Assembly (NCBI GenBank): GCA_950097015.1
Contig: CATNEN010000039.1
Coordinates: 14,012,001-14,076,000, forward strand
DNA: 64,000 nt
Reading direction: 5' to 3'
DNA from: Macrostomum hystrix
Taxonomy: Eukaryota; Animalia; Platyhelminthes
Under the pieces are notes generated by a model. The model saw only the letters and a list, made by a program, of their open reading frames with translations. It was not told the origin of the DNA and ran no database searches. A program made the position numbers and the translations under genes. The stretch's first letter is position 1; every line of letters begins with the position of its first letter. Shown in pieces: positions 37,995 through 51,060 of the stretch.

Positions 37995-38950
37995 CCTACC
38001 TATCTACCAACTTACCTACCTATCTACAAACTTACCCCACCTATCTACCAACTTACCCACCTATCTACGAACTTACCCACCTATCTACCAACTTACCCAC
38101 CTATCGACCAACTTACTCACCTATCTACCAACTTACCCACCTATCTACCAACTTGCCTACCTATCTACAAACTTACCCACCTATCTACCAACTTACCCAC
38201 CTATCTACAAACTTACCCACCTATCTACCAACTTACCTACCTATCTACAAACTTACCCACCTATCTACCAACTTACCCACCTATCTACCAACTTACCCAC
38301 CTATCGACCAACTTACCCACCTATCTACCAACTTACCTACCTATCTACAAACTTACCCACCTATCTACAAACTTACCATACCTGATGTTCAAACTTACCT
38401 ATCTACCAATTTAATAGCCAAGCTACCAAAATTATTCCAAATTGTACCAAATGACCAACCTTACGAGCTATCTACCAAATTACCTACCTATCTACCAACT
38501 TACCCACCTATCTACCAACTTACCTACCTATCTACAAACTTACCCACCTATCTACAAACTTACCATACCTGATGTTCAAACTTACCTATCTACCAATTTA
38601 ATAGCCAAGCTACCAAAATTATTCCAAATTGTACCAAATGACCAACCTTACGAGCTATCTACCAAATTACCTACCTATTTACCAACTTACCAACCCAATC
38701 TACCACATTACCAACCAGTTCTACAAAATTACCTACCTATCCACCAACTTGCTTATCTTTCTACTGGCACCAACTTTGCTACTTATCTACCTATCTATAA
38801 ACTTACCCACCTATCTACCAAATTACCTACTTATCTACCAAATTACCTACTTATCTACCAAATTACCTACTTATCTACCAAATTACCTACTTATCTACCA
38901 AATTACCTACTTATCTACTAAATTATTTACCTATCTTCCAACTGACCCAT
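37995..38950. repeat. 20-bp minisatellite (ACTTACCCACCTATCTACCA)n with an internal block duplication
   Basis: Tandem copies; the block CATACCTGATGTTC...ACGAGCTATC occurs twice. Confidence 0.93.
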
Positions 38951-39160
38951 CTATATAGAAACCTACCTACCTTTTCCCTTCGTATCAGATTACCTATCTG
39001 CTAACCATACCTAGCTATTTGCATAACGTTGCATAACCCATTCATTCAAACTTATGTACCGTTCAGATTTTGGATCAAAACAGTATCCATGCGCAAGCAA
39101 AATAGTCTGTTTAGCTAAAGAAAGTTAAGTTAAATTGTAAGCTGAATTAACCCTAAGTCA

Positions 39161-39850
39161 TGTCACGTTAACTGACCAACAACGTTAAGGGCCAGTGCCA
39201 ACAACAGCGGTCTATTTATTAGGCACAGACTTGTCTATGGAAGTACTTATGCCTCGGTGGTGAGTAAACACTGCTAGAGAGAGAGACAGCACACGAGGGA
39301 TAGGAAGAAAGATATCATAGAATGTAACGAGGTCTAAAACATAAAAGTGCACCCGCATATCCAACACTGCCCCCCTCAAACAGCCAGACAAATAATTGTT
39401 TGCAAAAGCAAGCAATTTCATTTAGCAATTACAGTACCCCAAACATGAGTCAAAGCAGCAGCAAGTCGCAACTCTCAACACGGCTGTTACTAAACTTTAT
39501 AACAAACAGGTTTACGAGGGCGCAAATCATAAGAATCATTTCGCTCTTCAGTAGGAACTCTTGGACTCTGCACTGAGCTGTTTGCAGAAGCACCGGGTCC
39601 CGGCTGCTCCATGTCAGCGCTCGCGCCGGCGCCACTGACGGCCCGCCTGCCTTGGTCCTCAGGTCCGGCCGCCTCGGTCGGTCTCCGCTCAGCGTCGGTC
39701 TCCGGCCTGCTGCTCCACTGGTTCACGTGGGCCATCCGCAGTCCTCCGTCAGGCAGGTTGGCCGCAGCCACCAGCGCGGTGTTCTGACCATGTTGGACAA
39801 CGAACTTGGCCGGAATCGGAGCGGTGCCGGGTCGCAGCCAGATGGAGTCA
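39161..39850 (-). mobile_element. 3' remnant of an LTR retrotransposon (end of pol, PPT, ~206-bp LTR)
   Basis: Minus strand: ORF ending YDLRPRKPVCYKV*, purine tract GAGGGGGGCAG (39377-39367) directly followed by TGTTGG..., internal AATAAA, end ...GTGACA at 39161. Confidence 0.6.
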
Positions 39851-40075
39851 TTTTGGGATAACCCCATGCTTAAATCCTCATATCCGGATAACCCCACGTT
39901 TAAATCCTGATTTCCGAATAACCCCATGTTGAAATCCTCATTTTGGGATAACCCCATGCTTAAATCCTCATATTTGGATAACCCCACGTTTAAATCCTGA
40001 TTTCCGGATAACCCCATGTTGAAATCCTGATTTGTGGATAACCACTGTTTTATATTCTGATCAAGGGATAACCAT
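39850..40075. repeat. 30-bp minisatellite (GGATAACCCCATGCTTAAATCCTCATATCC)n
   Basis: About 7 degenerate copies. Confidence 0.85.
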
Positions 40076-40537
40076 ATTTTTCAAGTCATTCTTAGATGGT
40101 ATAGGAATCGCATAGGATTATTACAAATTATAGTAAAACGAATCTTAAATAACAAAGACAAACGTCCGAAATGCACTCGATTTTTTCCTCACTTCAATCT
40201 CCTAATTTCCTAATTCATTATGCACTAACTACGCACTAACACTAGCGGCTGTACACCTTTGATCTCAGTGTTGGATGGGGTTCACAAGCAGATTAAATAG
40301 TCTCGATTGTACTGATAAGATGACGCTCTTATATTTTATAATTGACTTCGATAGAAATGTTCCAACTACGCTACTTGTCAGCGTATGCTCAGTGAAGGAA
40401 ACTCGCAGAGCAATGTGTTTGCTCGAATATGAAGATTAAGCACAGGATTTTATAGGGCCTGTTAGGGCAATTGTTAGGACAGTTTAATTACTCTAGCGTG
40501 AGCCAACGAAAATTAAATAGATGGATCAGGTCATGGT

Positions 40538-40650
40538 ATTGATGCGTAAAATCATTATATTGATGTGTAACATCATTATATTGATGTGTAAAATCATTGT
40601 ATTGATGTGTAAAATCATTACATTGATGTGTAATATCATTACATTAATGG
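40538..40650. repeat. 21-bp tandem repeat (TTGATGTGTAAAATCATTATA)n
   Basis: About 5 copies. Confidence 0.85.
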
Positions 40651-41195
40651 GTGAGATGGCTTCATCTGTCCATTGCAATGGTCAGATGATGGTTGATTTG
40701 TTCGGTTCTGATTCGCAGTGCTGAATGTAACAGCACTTCCTGCACAGAAATGGCGGTACAGGGCGGGCTAGCGGATCTTATTATCCATCTTTCTCCCGCT
40801 TCTTCGCTCCCACACTGGTCCCGAAACAGTGTACTGAAATGGCGGCGGAGATGGATGGCTGGGAGGCGGTGATTCAGCCCTGAGCGGCTTCAATGCCATT
40901 TACATACAGGCAGACGCCCATAAGCAAGCCCTGGAGCAGCCACCCCGCTGCCGGCCCCACAAACCCACTGCACAGCCAACCGGAAGCAGGCCTGCTCTGT
41001 ATGGATTGCTGTGAAGACCCCATGGCTGAATGATGGCGGAGGGTTGGCCTTGCTGAGCATATAAAAAGCCTGACTGTTTTGTACTGGTATATTCATAGGC
41101 CAGTGTTGATAAGTGTTGTGCTGTGAAACCTAAATTCTTTTAAGTTAAATTTCTCCTGGAGTCAGTAACATTCTGATAAAAAATTCAATTCTATA

Positions 41196-42587
41196 ATGAA
41201 CAGCATGATGAGAACTACGAAGGCTTGCTGTATACTGCTGGTGATGCTCCAGCTTGTCTGTTGTTGTAAGTAGAGTGTCAGTCATTTAGTCTTGCGGAAG
41301 AATAATTCAGTTTAATCTCAAATCAGAATCGTAGCACATGGGAAACATCTAGTGTGCACAGATACCGTACGCAGGCACACGCTCACACAGGTGTGTACAT
41401 CTGCCCTGACTTTCTCATCGTCAGGCAGTGTACGCTATCACTGGGACTTGGAGTTTGGCCCTCAGGGCGTAAATTGCACGACAAGCCGTCAAGCCTTGTC
41501 TGCGCCCAAAATGAATGTGGCCTCGCCGCAAAATCGAGCTCAGGGACCTTGGTGCGAGAGGCAAACGCGTTAACCCGATCTGCCGCTGACCCACACATTA
41601 TTCGTATTCAATGGCCCATTGCTAGAGTGAAAAAAACTGCAAATTTTGGTTAGTGTGGCAGCCCCTCCCACACCTGTCAATGGACTGTATGCACGAGTAG
41701 ACAGGCTTGGTCATTTTTCGCCTCATTCCATTTGGCAGCTCAGACGAATGACCCTGAATTTGAAATCATCGAGGGCAGCGATAATCGCTCACCGACTGTC
41801 ATCAAAGCTATCAAGCCCAAGAAGTCGCCGAAGTTCAATTGCATCGTCTGTGACGACATCCGCAATGCCAGTTGTCCTTGGGACAAGTTCAGCAAAAACT
41901 GCTACACGGACGAAAGGATCGACAAGACCAAGCCTGTTGGCTGCCGATGGATGGTGCAGCAGGGTACGACTCTGAGTTATTGTGCTGAGCTTGATGTCGA
42001 TACTTCTAGAACAAGAAGCTCCTCAGACACGACGTTTCTTAAACGCGACGATTCTCATACACGAAATTCTCACACAAGACTGTTCTACAACATGACGATT
42101 CTCATATACGACGGTTCTTAAACACTACGATTCTCAAACACGACGGTTCTCAAACACAAAGGTTCTGAAAAGTGGCAATTTCGCAAGACGACTATTCTTA
42201 AACGATTCTCACACACAACGGTTCTTACACATTCTCACACATTCTAACGCATGAAGGTTCTCAAACATGACGGCTTTAAAACCAAACGAATCTAAGACCT
42301 GACGGTTCTAAAACACAACGATTTTTTAACATGCAGATTCTGGCACACGATACACATAAAATATCCAACATATTGCAGTCCAGGGCCGAACGTACACTAG
42401 TCGGCATTGCACAAACTTAGTTGATGACAGTATTCAGGGATGCGTGGATCGCGTGGGCAGCAATAAGATCAAAGTGACGTACTGCCATTGCCGTACTGAA
42501 AACTGCAATGGAGCTCCTGGACTAAAGTTTGGCTTTAGCCTGCCTTTGGTGCTTCTGCTGCTGAAGGTTGCTGCTTCTGGGCTCTGA
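41196..42587 (+). CDS. Ly6/uPAR three-finger (quiver/sleepless-like) GPI-anchored protein, copy A; exons 41196-41265, 41739-41963, 42379-42587; 167 aa
   Basis: Signal-peptide exon MNSMMRTTKACCILLVMLQLVCC; two phase-1 introns; 10-Cys domain CIVC...C...C...GC...RHC...GCVDRVGSNKIKVTYCHCRTENCN; hydrophobic tail FSLPLVLLLLKVAASGL*. Confidence 0.88.
41352..41590 (-). mobile_element. SINE family 1 copy in intron 1 of Ly6 copy A
   Basis: Homologous to the other family 1 copies. Confidence 0.8.
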
Positions 42588-43144
42588 CATTGTATCTGTG
42601 TGTGCAATGCTACTATGATTTGACCCTTCAACATTATTTACTGAAGGTTAATAACAGTTTATTAAATATTTTCGCTGCACTATTTGTATAAATTAGCTTG
42701 CTAAGTAGCTTTAGCAAGGCAGTTTTTTAAAATGTGGTACCTTGTGTGTGCTGTTACTTGCAGTAGCTTAGTGTTTAAAAGACTTGAATAAAAAACATAT
42801 TTGCTCATATTTGCTTTGTATTATACAAGTGCTCTTGTCGTTGCTCTACTCTAATATACTAAAATGAAAATATTGTTTGTTTGGTTGTTTGCAATTGATT
42901 ATCTCCCATACGGCTCAACCGACTTTCGAAATTTCATTCGCCAAAGATGTCAAATGGGCCCGAATCGGTACACGTATTTTTATTAAGTTTAACGCAAGGA
43001 CTACTTAAACTACCGTGACGGAATTCTAAGCATATCATGCAAAATTTCTTGCGAAGCTGCCCTAATCTATAGCCATTTTTTAAATAATATAGCTGGCTAT
43101 TTTGTTGGCCGTAGTAGGGAAGGTATCTACACCATTTTAACTCA

Positions 43145-44912
43145 AAGTCTTGTTCAAAAGAAACAAACAGAACTTCAATTCAAACGCTTTAAGAAATATC
43201 AGCGCTTGCGGAAATTCAGTTCGAACAAAGTCCCTTTCTATTGAAACAGAAGAAATTCAATTCAGACTGTCTATGGCCAAAATTGTCCCCGAGTGACGCG
43301 CACGCGCAAACTTGAAATTCAAAAGAAACAAAGTCACATTCTATTTCAACAGACTCAAGAGGTAAAACAGAACAAATCGACGAACGTAAGAGTAAAATGA
43401 AAAACAGGTACAAGACAGTGTCAGTTGGTCAACTTCAATGCGACACCTAACCATCAATTGCCTGTCCACCAAGGCAGCGAGGGACGCATGTAAATACATG
43501 GTTGAACCACTCAGTGCACTTGTCCGCAGAGATGCAGCCAATGGTTCTGTCCACCATGTTGTACAGAATGTCTCGCCGATAGGCCGTCATCGACTGATTC
43601 CCGAGCTGCTCAGCTGTCGGAGCGATGAACTTTTGCTGGTCTGCTGCTATTTCTCTCTTCAGAGCGGCCTTCCAACAGGAGATTGAGTTCTCCACAGGAG
43701 TCAAAAATGGACTGTATGGTGGAAGCCGCTTGACCTGAATGGTGGCCGGAATCTCGAAGTCTTCGGCGTCATTGTGAGAACTTACGTTGTCGATGACAAC
43801 ATAACAACGCGAGACTGGGAACGCAGCTTGGAAGTTGCCGACGGTGATCTGTAGGAACTCACCAAACTTCTCTTTAGTCGTGCCCTTATCATAAATTTGG
43901 TAGTGCACGGCACCGACACCTGGACAAATGGCCAAGCAGACGGTAACTCGAAGTCCTTTCTGAGTAGCCACTTGCCTGTATACGCGTTCACCACGTCCAG
44001 AGCGCCCTATTGATCGTCTCATCCACGCATCATCGATGAAAATTCATCGATGAAAATCTTATAGCCTGATCCGACATCGACAGAACAAAGCCACTCGCAA
44101 AACTCACTCCGCGATTCGATCACACGAGGGGAGTTGCGATCTGCAGGGAGATCTCGTGCCAACTTAGTGGTCTACAGAGCTCCATCAAGCTTAACGCTGA
44201 TCGTTTTCTCCGTTACGTGCGGCTTTTCTGGGAGTTGCTGGCGCAGATTAGCATTCATTTCTTTTAGCGTGACAAGCGGATTCGCTTGGATGAGACCAAG
44301 TACGTGGGCCTGCATTTCTCCATCCCACTTGAATCGTTTGGCTCCGCCCTTGGGCTGCTTTTGAGCTCTTCCTGACCTCACAATTGTGTACGCCGTTGAC
44401 CTCTTGACTCCAAGTTGGCGCACCAGTTCCACAAAGTCATCCCCACGATCAGCAGCCTTGATGATACGGTCTCTGTCACTGTTGCTTACAGTAGCGTACC
44501 GACGAGGCTGCTGTTCCACGATATCTTCATCGACTTCTGCTTCAAATTCATCGATTCCTTCTTCTTCCAGCAATTCATCGTCTTCTTCAATCTGATCTTC
44601 AGCATTCATATCGTTTCTTGTTGCGCAAAGATTGCACAGTTATGCAGTGCAGGAAAAACAAAAAATTAGATTAATGCAATAAAAATTGTATTTGTCAAAA
44701 ATCTCTGTTGAAATAGAATGTGACTTTGTTTCTTTTGAATTGCAAGTTTGCGCGTGCGTGTCACTCGGGGACAATTTTGGCCATAGACAGTCTGAATTGA
44801 ATTTCTTCTGTTTCAATAGAAAGGGACTTTGTTTGAACTGAATTTCCGCAAGCGCTGATATTTCTTAAAGCGTTTGAACTGAAGTTCTGTTTGTATCTTT
44901 TGAACAAGACTT
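43145..44912 (-). mobile_element. Tc1/mariner-IS630-like DNA transposon with ~210-bp TIRs
   Basis: 43145-43353 is the near-exact reverse complement of 44704-44912; encloses a transposase; no TA TSD visible. Confidence 0.9.
43447..44609 (-). pseudogene. Tc1/IS630-like DDE transposase, disrupted
   Basis: N-terminal HTH (LVRQLGVKRSTAYTIVR), IFIDE, VVIDN...H, LPPYSPFLTPVE; in-frame TAG at 44174-44172 and a short tandem duplication (CATCGATGAAAAT) that shifts the frame near 44035. Confidence 0.88.
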
Positions 44913-45360
44913 CGTTCCAAATAGGAAGTAAAATGGTAGTAAAATGGTAAATGGTAAATGGTAAATAGTAAAATGGTAGTAAAATGAAGCTATTATCTAG
45001 TCCCTGATTAAAATGGATACACATGCTGAAAAGCATTGTAATATTTACAGGAGTTGATAATAGCATCATTACAGTTTAGATAAATCCACGAAAAACATGA
45101 AACTCGCATGGAAAGTGTAGATGACACGTGAAGGCTGAACATATCTAGCTCAGAAGTATATCATTTTGCTGAATGTAGGTAAAATTTCAGCCTCAGTTCT
45201 GTTTCAGCGTCATTTTCATCTGATCTTCTATCATCAACACTTAAAAAATTAAGTTCCAGCTTATTATTATTATTATTTATTCGGATTTTTTAGTTTGAGT
45301 ATAAAAAGTAACCACTTTCGATTAGGTTCTGTCCAAGTAAATAGTTGTTGGCATTATTAT

Positions 45361-46542
45361 TGTTGTGTCGGCATGTTATTTTATAATCCGTATATTTCTA
45401 CTTGAAGTAACTTAATTGCGCACGTCAATATTAATGAGTCATTATAATGTATATTATAGGTTTGTTGTTTGTACATGCGCGCCCAGCCAGGCCACGCACG
45501 CGATCGGTCGGTCACCTGCTCTACAGCCAAGGCATCGGACTAACCCCGGTCTGGTGGGCCCAGCCAATAGGAGGACGGCTAGCCAATTTGATGCGACCGA
45601 CTTAAGCGCGATACCCCGGGCCGGGCCAATCAGCAGCCAGTTCGTTAACCGGCAGGGTCGACCTGGCAGAAGAACAAGACCTGGCAGGGTCGGCCGGCAC
45701 CCAGGCTTTGATGAGGGTTGGGGCGGGCGCTTGACTATATAACTGACTATTGCGCTGTCATTTTGTTTCTATCGTCGCGTGTATTTTCGTGTGTCTTCGT
45801 TGCAATCGTTGTTACGCATCCTAGTAATAGATACCGGGACAGGTAAACCGGTCCAACTAGCTAGTCGAAGAAAACCCCACACTCAATCCCACGTCAGTAA
45901 GTAGCTTGCGCTGAGCTCGGTACGTCTGGCCAACTGCTGACGGAGTGTTAGACAGGGATTGGCAAGCACGGAAGTACTCTCCATATCGCCGACAATCATC
46001 GGTGGGACGCCGTCGAATTGACATTAGGTGTGGCACGATAGAACTATCGTTGTGCCATAGTGCGGAAGTGCTTGCTGGTCGCCTCGGTTTCAGACTAGGG
46101 ACTTTGGGTTAGGTTGTATTATTTGTCTTGTTCTGTCATAGGGACTGTCTGTTTGTCTAGGAGTTATTTGTGTTAATTGTCATGTTATTTGCGTGAGTTC
46201 TTGTTGATGTCCAGAGCATTTTCGAGTAGAGTTCGCGTTGTTCTTGTGTTAAGGTTACCGAGATTTTGTTTGTAATTTACCAGTGCGAATTGTGAGTTTA
46301 ATATTTAATCAAGTACAGTACCTGGCAAGGAACGGAAGGAGCGCTGCCAGGGGAATTAATCATTCATAGCTTTCTCTTGTTAACTAATTAACACTTAAAT
46401 ATCAGCTGTTTAGCTTGGAATCCCGAATCATCTTGTCTTCGTTATTTTCGAGCTACGGCAATAGAGTCTCTCGCAAAGAGTAGGACACCCGACCTCATTT
46501 AGGGATCTCAACGCAAAGAGAGACCTAAGTCAAAATATCACA
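45361..46542. mobile_element. Probable solo LTR (~1.18 kb)
   Basis: TGT...ACA termini flanked by 4-bp TSD TTAT; interior GC-rich CCAAT-containing block and TATATAA; no coding capacity. Confidence 0.55.
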
Positions 46543-46639
46543 TTATTACTCTTCTCGCTGTGAGAAAATAATATAAGTTTTCCTTTCACGGTACGAAAAG
46601 CATGTATTATCGAGGGTACGCAAAAAGTATCGAGAGAGA

Positions 46640-47003
46640 AGCATAAATTATCCAGGGGGTAGCATGATTTATCAACTGGCTTGCATAAATTATCCAGGGG
46701 GTAGCATGATTTATCAACTGGCTTGCATAAATTATCCAGGGGGTAGCATGATTTATCAACTGGCTTGCATAAATTATCCAGGGGGTAGCATGATTATCAA
46801 CTGGCTTGCATAAATTATCCAGGGGGTAGCATGATTATCAACTGGCTTGCATAAATTATCCTGGGGGTAGCATGATTATCAACTGGCTTGCATAAATTAT
46901 CCAGGGGGTAGCATGATTTATCAACTGGCTTGCATAAATTATCCAGGGGGTAGCATGATTTATCAACTAGCTTGCATAAATTATCCAGGGGGTAGCATGA
47001 TTT
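46640..47003. repeat. 42-bp minisatellite (GCATGATTTATCAACTGGCTTGCATAAATTATCCAGGGGGTA)n, left block
   Basis: About 8.5 copies; same unit as 49960-51060. Confidence 0.95.
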
Positions 47004-47009
47004 TTCTAG

Positions 47010-47645
47010 TGCCATTATGTAGTTAGACTTCTCTTCTGCTGTTAAGGATGCGATGTTGGGAGTTTTCCTAGAAATGTTCTTTTCAAAACTCTAACGTGCG
47101 GCGCTATACATATTCCAACTGCACTTAAAAAGGAAGTGGACCTCGTTTTCAACTTCCATTTTGCACTTACTACATAATCTGTTCTCATACGGAATTTTCG
47201 GTCTCGCAGTTCGCAATGTTTCGCAAGCTATAGCTTATGGTTTCCTAGTCTAAACGAGGATATGGTACGTCTTAACTCCGGGTTGTATATTTGTTGTAAA
47301 TAATTTTCGGCTGAATAATTATTGCTTAAAGGAGTAATAGAAGTGGCTTAGCTTGTTTGAGTTCTGTGTACATCGTCTCCAATGGGTATGGAACTGAGAA
47401 ACGAAATTTTTCATGTGGTTTCTAATTGCTTTTGCAAGACTAATGCCTCTGCAGTTTAGTATAAACTCATTGGTGATCTTTGCTTTGATTCCAACATCAC
47501 TGTATGTTGGGTCCGCTAATAAATTGAAAATTATGGAGTCCGGGCGGCTTGTAATGGAGGCCCAGTATGAAATGCTTCTTTTCTGGATGTTTATGTATAC
47601 GAGGCAATCTCGTAAAGGCAATCTGCCTAACTCTGAGCGGGCCCC
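47010..47645 (-). mobile_element. Degenerate 3' end of a non-LTR retrotransposon (LINE) ORF2
   Basis: Minus strand reads ARSELGRLPL...ISYW, then RRTISSFRLGNHKL and the CCHC knuckle NRLCSKCKMEVENEVHFLFKC, with stops and frameshifts. Confidence 0.8.
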
Positions 47646-47936
47646 GTTGCCATCTGCATTTTGGCTGACTATGTAGTAGGTCTTTACAGCACCTGATGTT
47701 TACCCTTTCAAAAAGACAGCGGTCCCAAGGACCCAGGTTCCACGAGACAAAAGCCCCCCTAGGCCTCGGAGGCGTCTAGAGCTCTGCTTTCTATCATTAC
47801 TGCGCAGTACAGCATGAGCTGATTGTATCAGATCGCCCCGCCCCGTTTATAGGCCAGTGCTGATAAGTGCTGTGAAACCTTTAAGTTAAATTTCTCTTGG
47901 AGTCAGTAAAATTCTGATAAAAAATTCAATTCTATA

Positions 47937-49490
47937 ATGAACAGCATGATGAGAACTACGAAGGATTGTATACTGCTGGTGATGCTGCTGCTCCAGCTTG
48001 TCTGTTGTTGTAAGTAGATTGTCTATCATTTAGTCTTGCGGAAGAATAATTCAGTTTAATCTCAAATCAGAATCGTAGCACATGGGAAACAACTAGTGTG
48101 CACAGATACCGTACGCAGGCACACGCTCACACAGGTGTGTACATCTGCCCTGACTTTCTCATCGTCAGGCAGTGTACACTATCACTGGGACTTGGAGTTT
48201 GGCCCTCAGGGCGTAAATTGCACGACAAGCCGTCAAGCCTTCTCTGCGCCCAAAATGAATGTGGTCTCACCGCAAAATCGAGCTCAGGGACCTTGGTGCG
48301 AGAGGCAAACGCGTTGTTCTGCCTCTGCCGTTGACCCACACATTATTCGTATTCAATGGCCCATTGCTAGAGTTAAAAAACTGCAAATTTTGGTTAGTGT
48401 GGCAGCCCCTCCCACACCTGTCCATGGACTGTATGCACGAGTAGACAGGCTTGGTCATTTTTCGTCTCATTCCATTTGGCAGCTCAGACGAATGACCCTG
48501 AATTTGAAATCATCGATGGCAGCGATAATCGCTCACCGACTGTCAAAGCTATCAAGCCCAAGAAGTCGCCGAAGTTCAATTGCATCGTCTGTGACGACAT
48601 CCGCAATGCCAGTTGTCAGCCTTGGGACAAGTTTAGCAAAAACTGCTACACGGACGAAAGGATCGACAAGACCAAGCCTGTTGGCTGCCAATGGATGGTG
48701 CAGCAGGGTACGACTCTGAGTTATTGTGCTGAGCTTTATGTCGATGCTTCAAGAACAAGAAGCTCCTCAGACACGACGTTTCTTAAACGCGACGATTCTC
48801 ATACACGAAATTCTCACACAAGACTGTTCTACAACATGACGATTCTCATATACGACGGTTCTTAAACACTACGATTCTCAAACACGACGGTTCTCAAACA
48901 CAAAGGTTCTGAAAAGTGGCAATTTCGCAAGACGACTATTCTTAAACGATTCTCACACACAACGGTTCTTACACATTCTCACACATTCTAACGCATGAAG
49001 GTTCTCAAACATGACGGTTCTCAAACATGACGGTTCTCAAACATGACGGTTCTCAAACACAAAGGTTCTGAAAAGTGGCAATTTTGCAAGACGACTATTC
49101 TTAAACGATTCTCACACATAACGGTTCTTACACATTCTCACACATTCTAACGCATGAAGGTTCTCAAACATGACGGCTTTAAAACCAAACGAATCTAAGA
49201 CCTGACGGTTCTAAAACACAGCGATTTTTTAACATACAGATTCTGGCACACGATACATATAAAATATCCAACATATTGCAGTCCAGGGCCGCACGTACAC
49301 TAGTCGGCATTGCACAAACTTAGTTGATGACAGTATTCAGGGATGCGTGGATCGCGTGGGCAGCAATAAGATCAAAGTGACGTACTGCCATTGCCGTACT
49401 GAAAACTGCAATGGAGCTCCTGGACTAAAGTTCGGCTTTAGCCTGCCTTTGGTGCTTCTGCTGCTGAAGGTTGCTGCTTCTGGGCTCTGA
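47937..49490 (+). CDS. Ly6/uPAR three-finger (quiver/sleepless-like) GPI-anchored protein, copy B; exons 47937-48009, 48483-48707, 49282-49490; 168 aa
   Basis: Near-identical paralog of copy A with intact frame and splice sites. Confidence 0.88.
48096..48332 (-). mobile_element. SINE family 1 copy in intron 1 of Ly6 copy B
   Basis: Same position as in copy A, so it was duplicated with the gene. Confidence 0.8.
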
Positions 49491-49959
49491 CATTGTATCT
49501 GTGTGCAATGCTACTATGATTTGACCCTTCAACATTATTTACTAAAGGTTAATAACAGTTTATTAAATATTTTCGCTGCACTATTTGTATTAATTAGCTG
49601 CTGATTAATTACTAATTACTAATTAGCTTGGCAAGGCTGTCTTTAGAAAATTGGGTTGATTGTTTTTACAAATTATTTAGTAAACGGCAACATGCCGAAA
49701 AAATCGAGCTTATGAATTAGATAATGGATGTTTAATGTAAATATAAAGACCGGCTATTGAGGATATTAATGGCTGTGACCGAGGGCGCGCAGACACGCAG
49801 ACATTAATACCCGAAATAGCCGGTCTCTATTGCCATTGGCCAATGATAACATTTTTCAAGGAGACCTCATTAATGACCGCGAAACTTTTATGCATGGCAC
49901 GCATTCAGTGCTCTTTCGGTGGTCCCTAATGAACACCATTAATGACTTGTTACACATGT

Positions 49960-51060
49960 CTGCATGATTATCAACTGGCTTGCATAAATCATCCAGGGGG
50001 TAGCATGATTTACCAACTGGCTTGCATAAATCATCCAGGGGGTAGCATGATTATCAACTGGCTTGCATAAATTATCCAGGGGGTAGCATGATTTACCAAC
50101 TGGCTTGCATAAATTATCCAGTAGGTAGCATGATTTATCAACTGGCTTGCATAAATTATCCAGGGGGTAGCATGATTTATCAACTGGCTTGCATAAATTA
50201 TCCAGGGGGTAGCATGATTTACCAACTGGCTTGCATAAATTATCCAGGGGGTAGCATGATTTACCAACTGGCTTGCATAAATTATCCAGGGGGTAGCATG
50301 ATTTATCAACTGGCTTGCATAAATTATCCAGTAGGTAGCATGATTTATCAACTGGCTTGCATAAATTATCCAGGGGGTAGCATGATTTATCAACTGGCTT
50401 GCATAAATTATCCAGGGGGTAGCATGATTTATCAACTGGCTTGCATAAATTATCCAGGGGGTAGCATGATTTATCAACTGGCTTGCATAAATTATCCAGT
50501 AGGTAGCATGATTTATCAACTGGCTTGCATAAATTATCCAGGGGGTAGCATGATTTATCAACTGGCTTGCATAAATTATCCTGGGGGTAGCATGATTTAT
50601 CAACTGGCTTGCATAAATTATCCTGGGGGTAGCATGATTTATCAACTGGCTTGCATAAATTATCCTGGGGGTAGCATGATTTATCAACTGGCTTGCATAA
50701 ATTATCCAGGGGGTAGCATGATTTATCAACTGGCTTGCATAAATTATCCAGTAGGTAGCATGATTTATCAACTGGCTTGCATAAATTATCCAGGGGGTAG
50801 CATGATTTATCAACTGGCTTGCATAAATTATCCTGGGGGTAGCATGATTTATCAACTGGCTTGCATAAATTATCCTGGGGGTAGCATGATTTATCAACTG
50901 GCTTGCATAAATTATCCTGGGGGTAGCATGATTTATCAACTGGCTTGCATAAATTATCCATGGGGTAGCATGATTTATCAACTGGCTTGCATAAATTATC
51001 CTGGGGGTAGCATGATTTATCAACTGGCTTGCATAAATTATCCATGGGGTAGCATGAACT
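49960..51060. repeat. 42-bp minisatellite, right block
   Basis: About 26 copies of the same unit as 46640-47003. Confidence 0.96.

Noticed and set aside
41964-42121. ORF-track C-terminal extension of the Ly6 exon 2 ORFs (also 48708-48865)
   Set aside because: Read-through into intron 2; the spliced exon 3 completes the 10-Cys domain.
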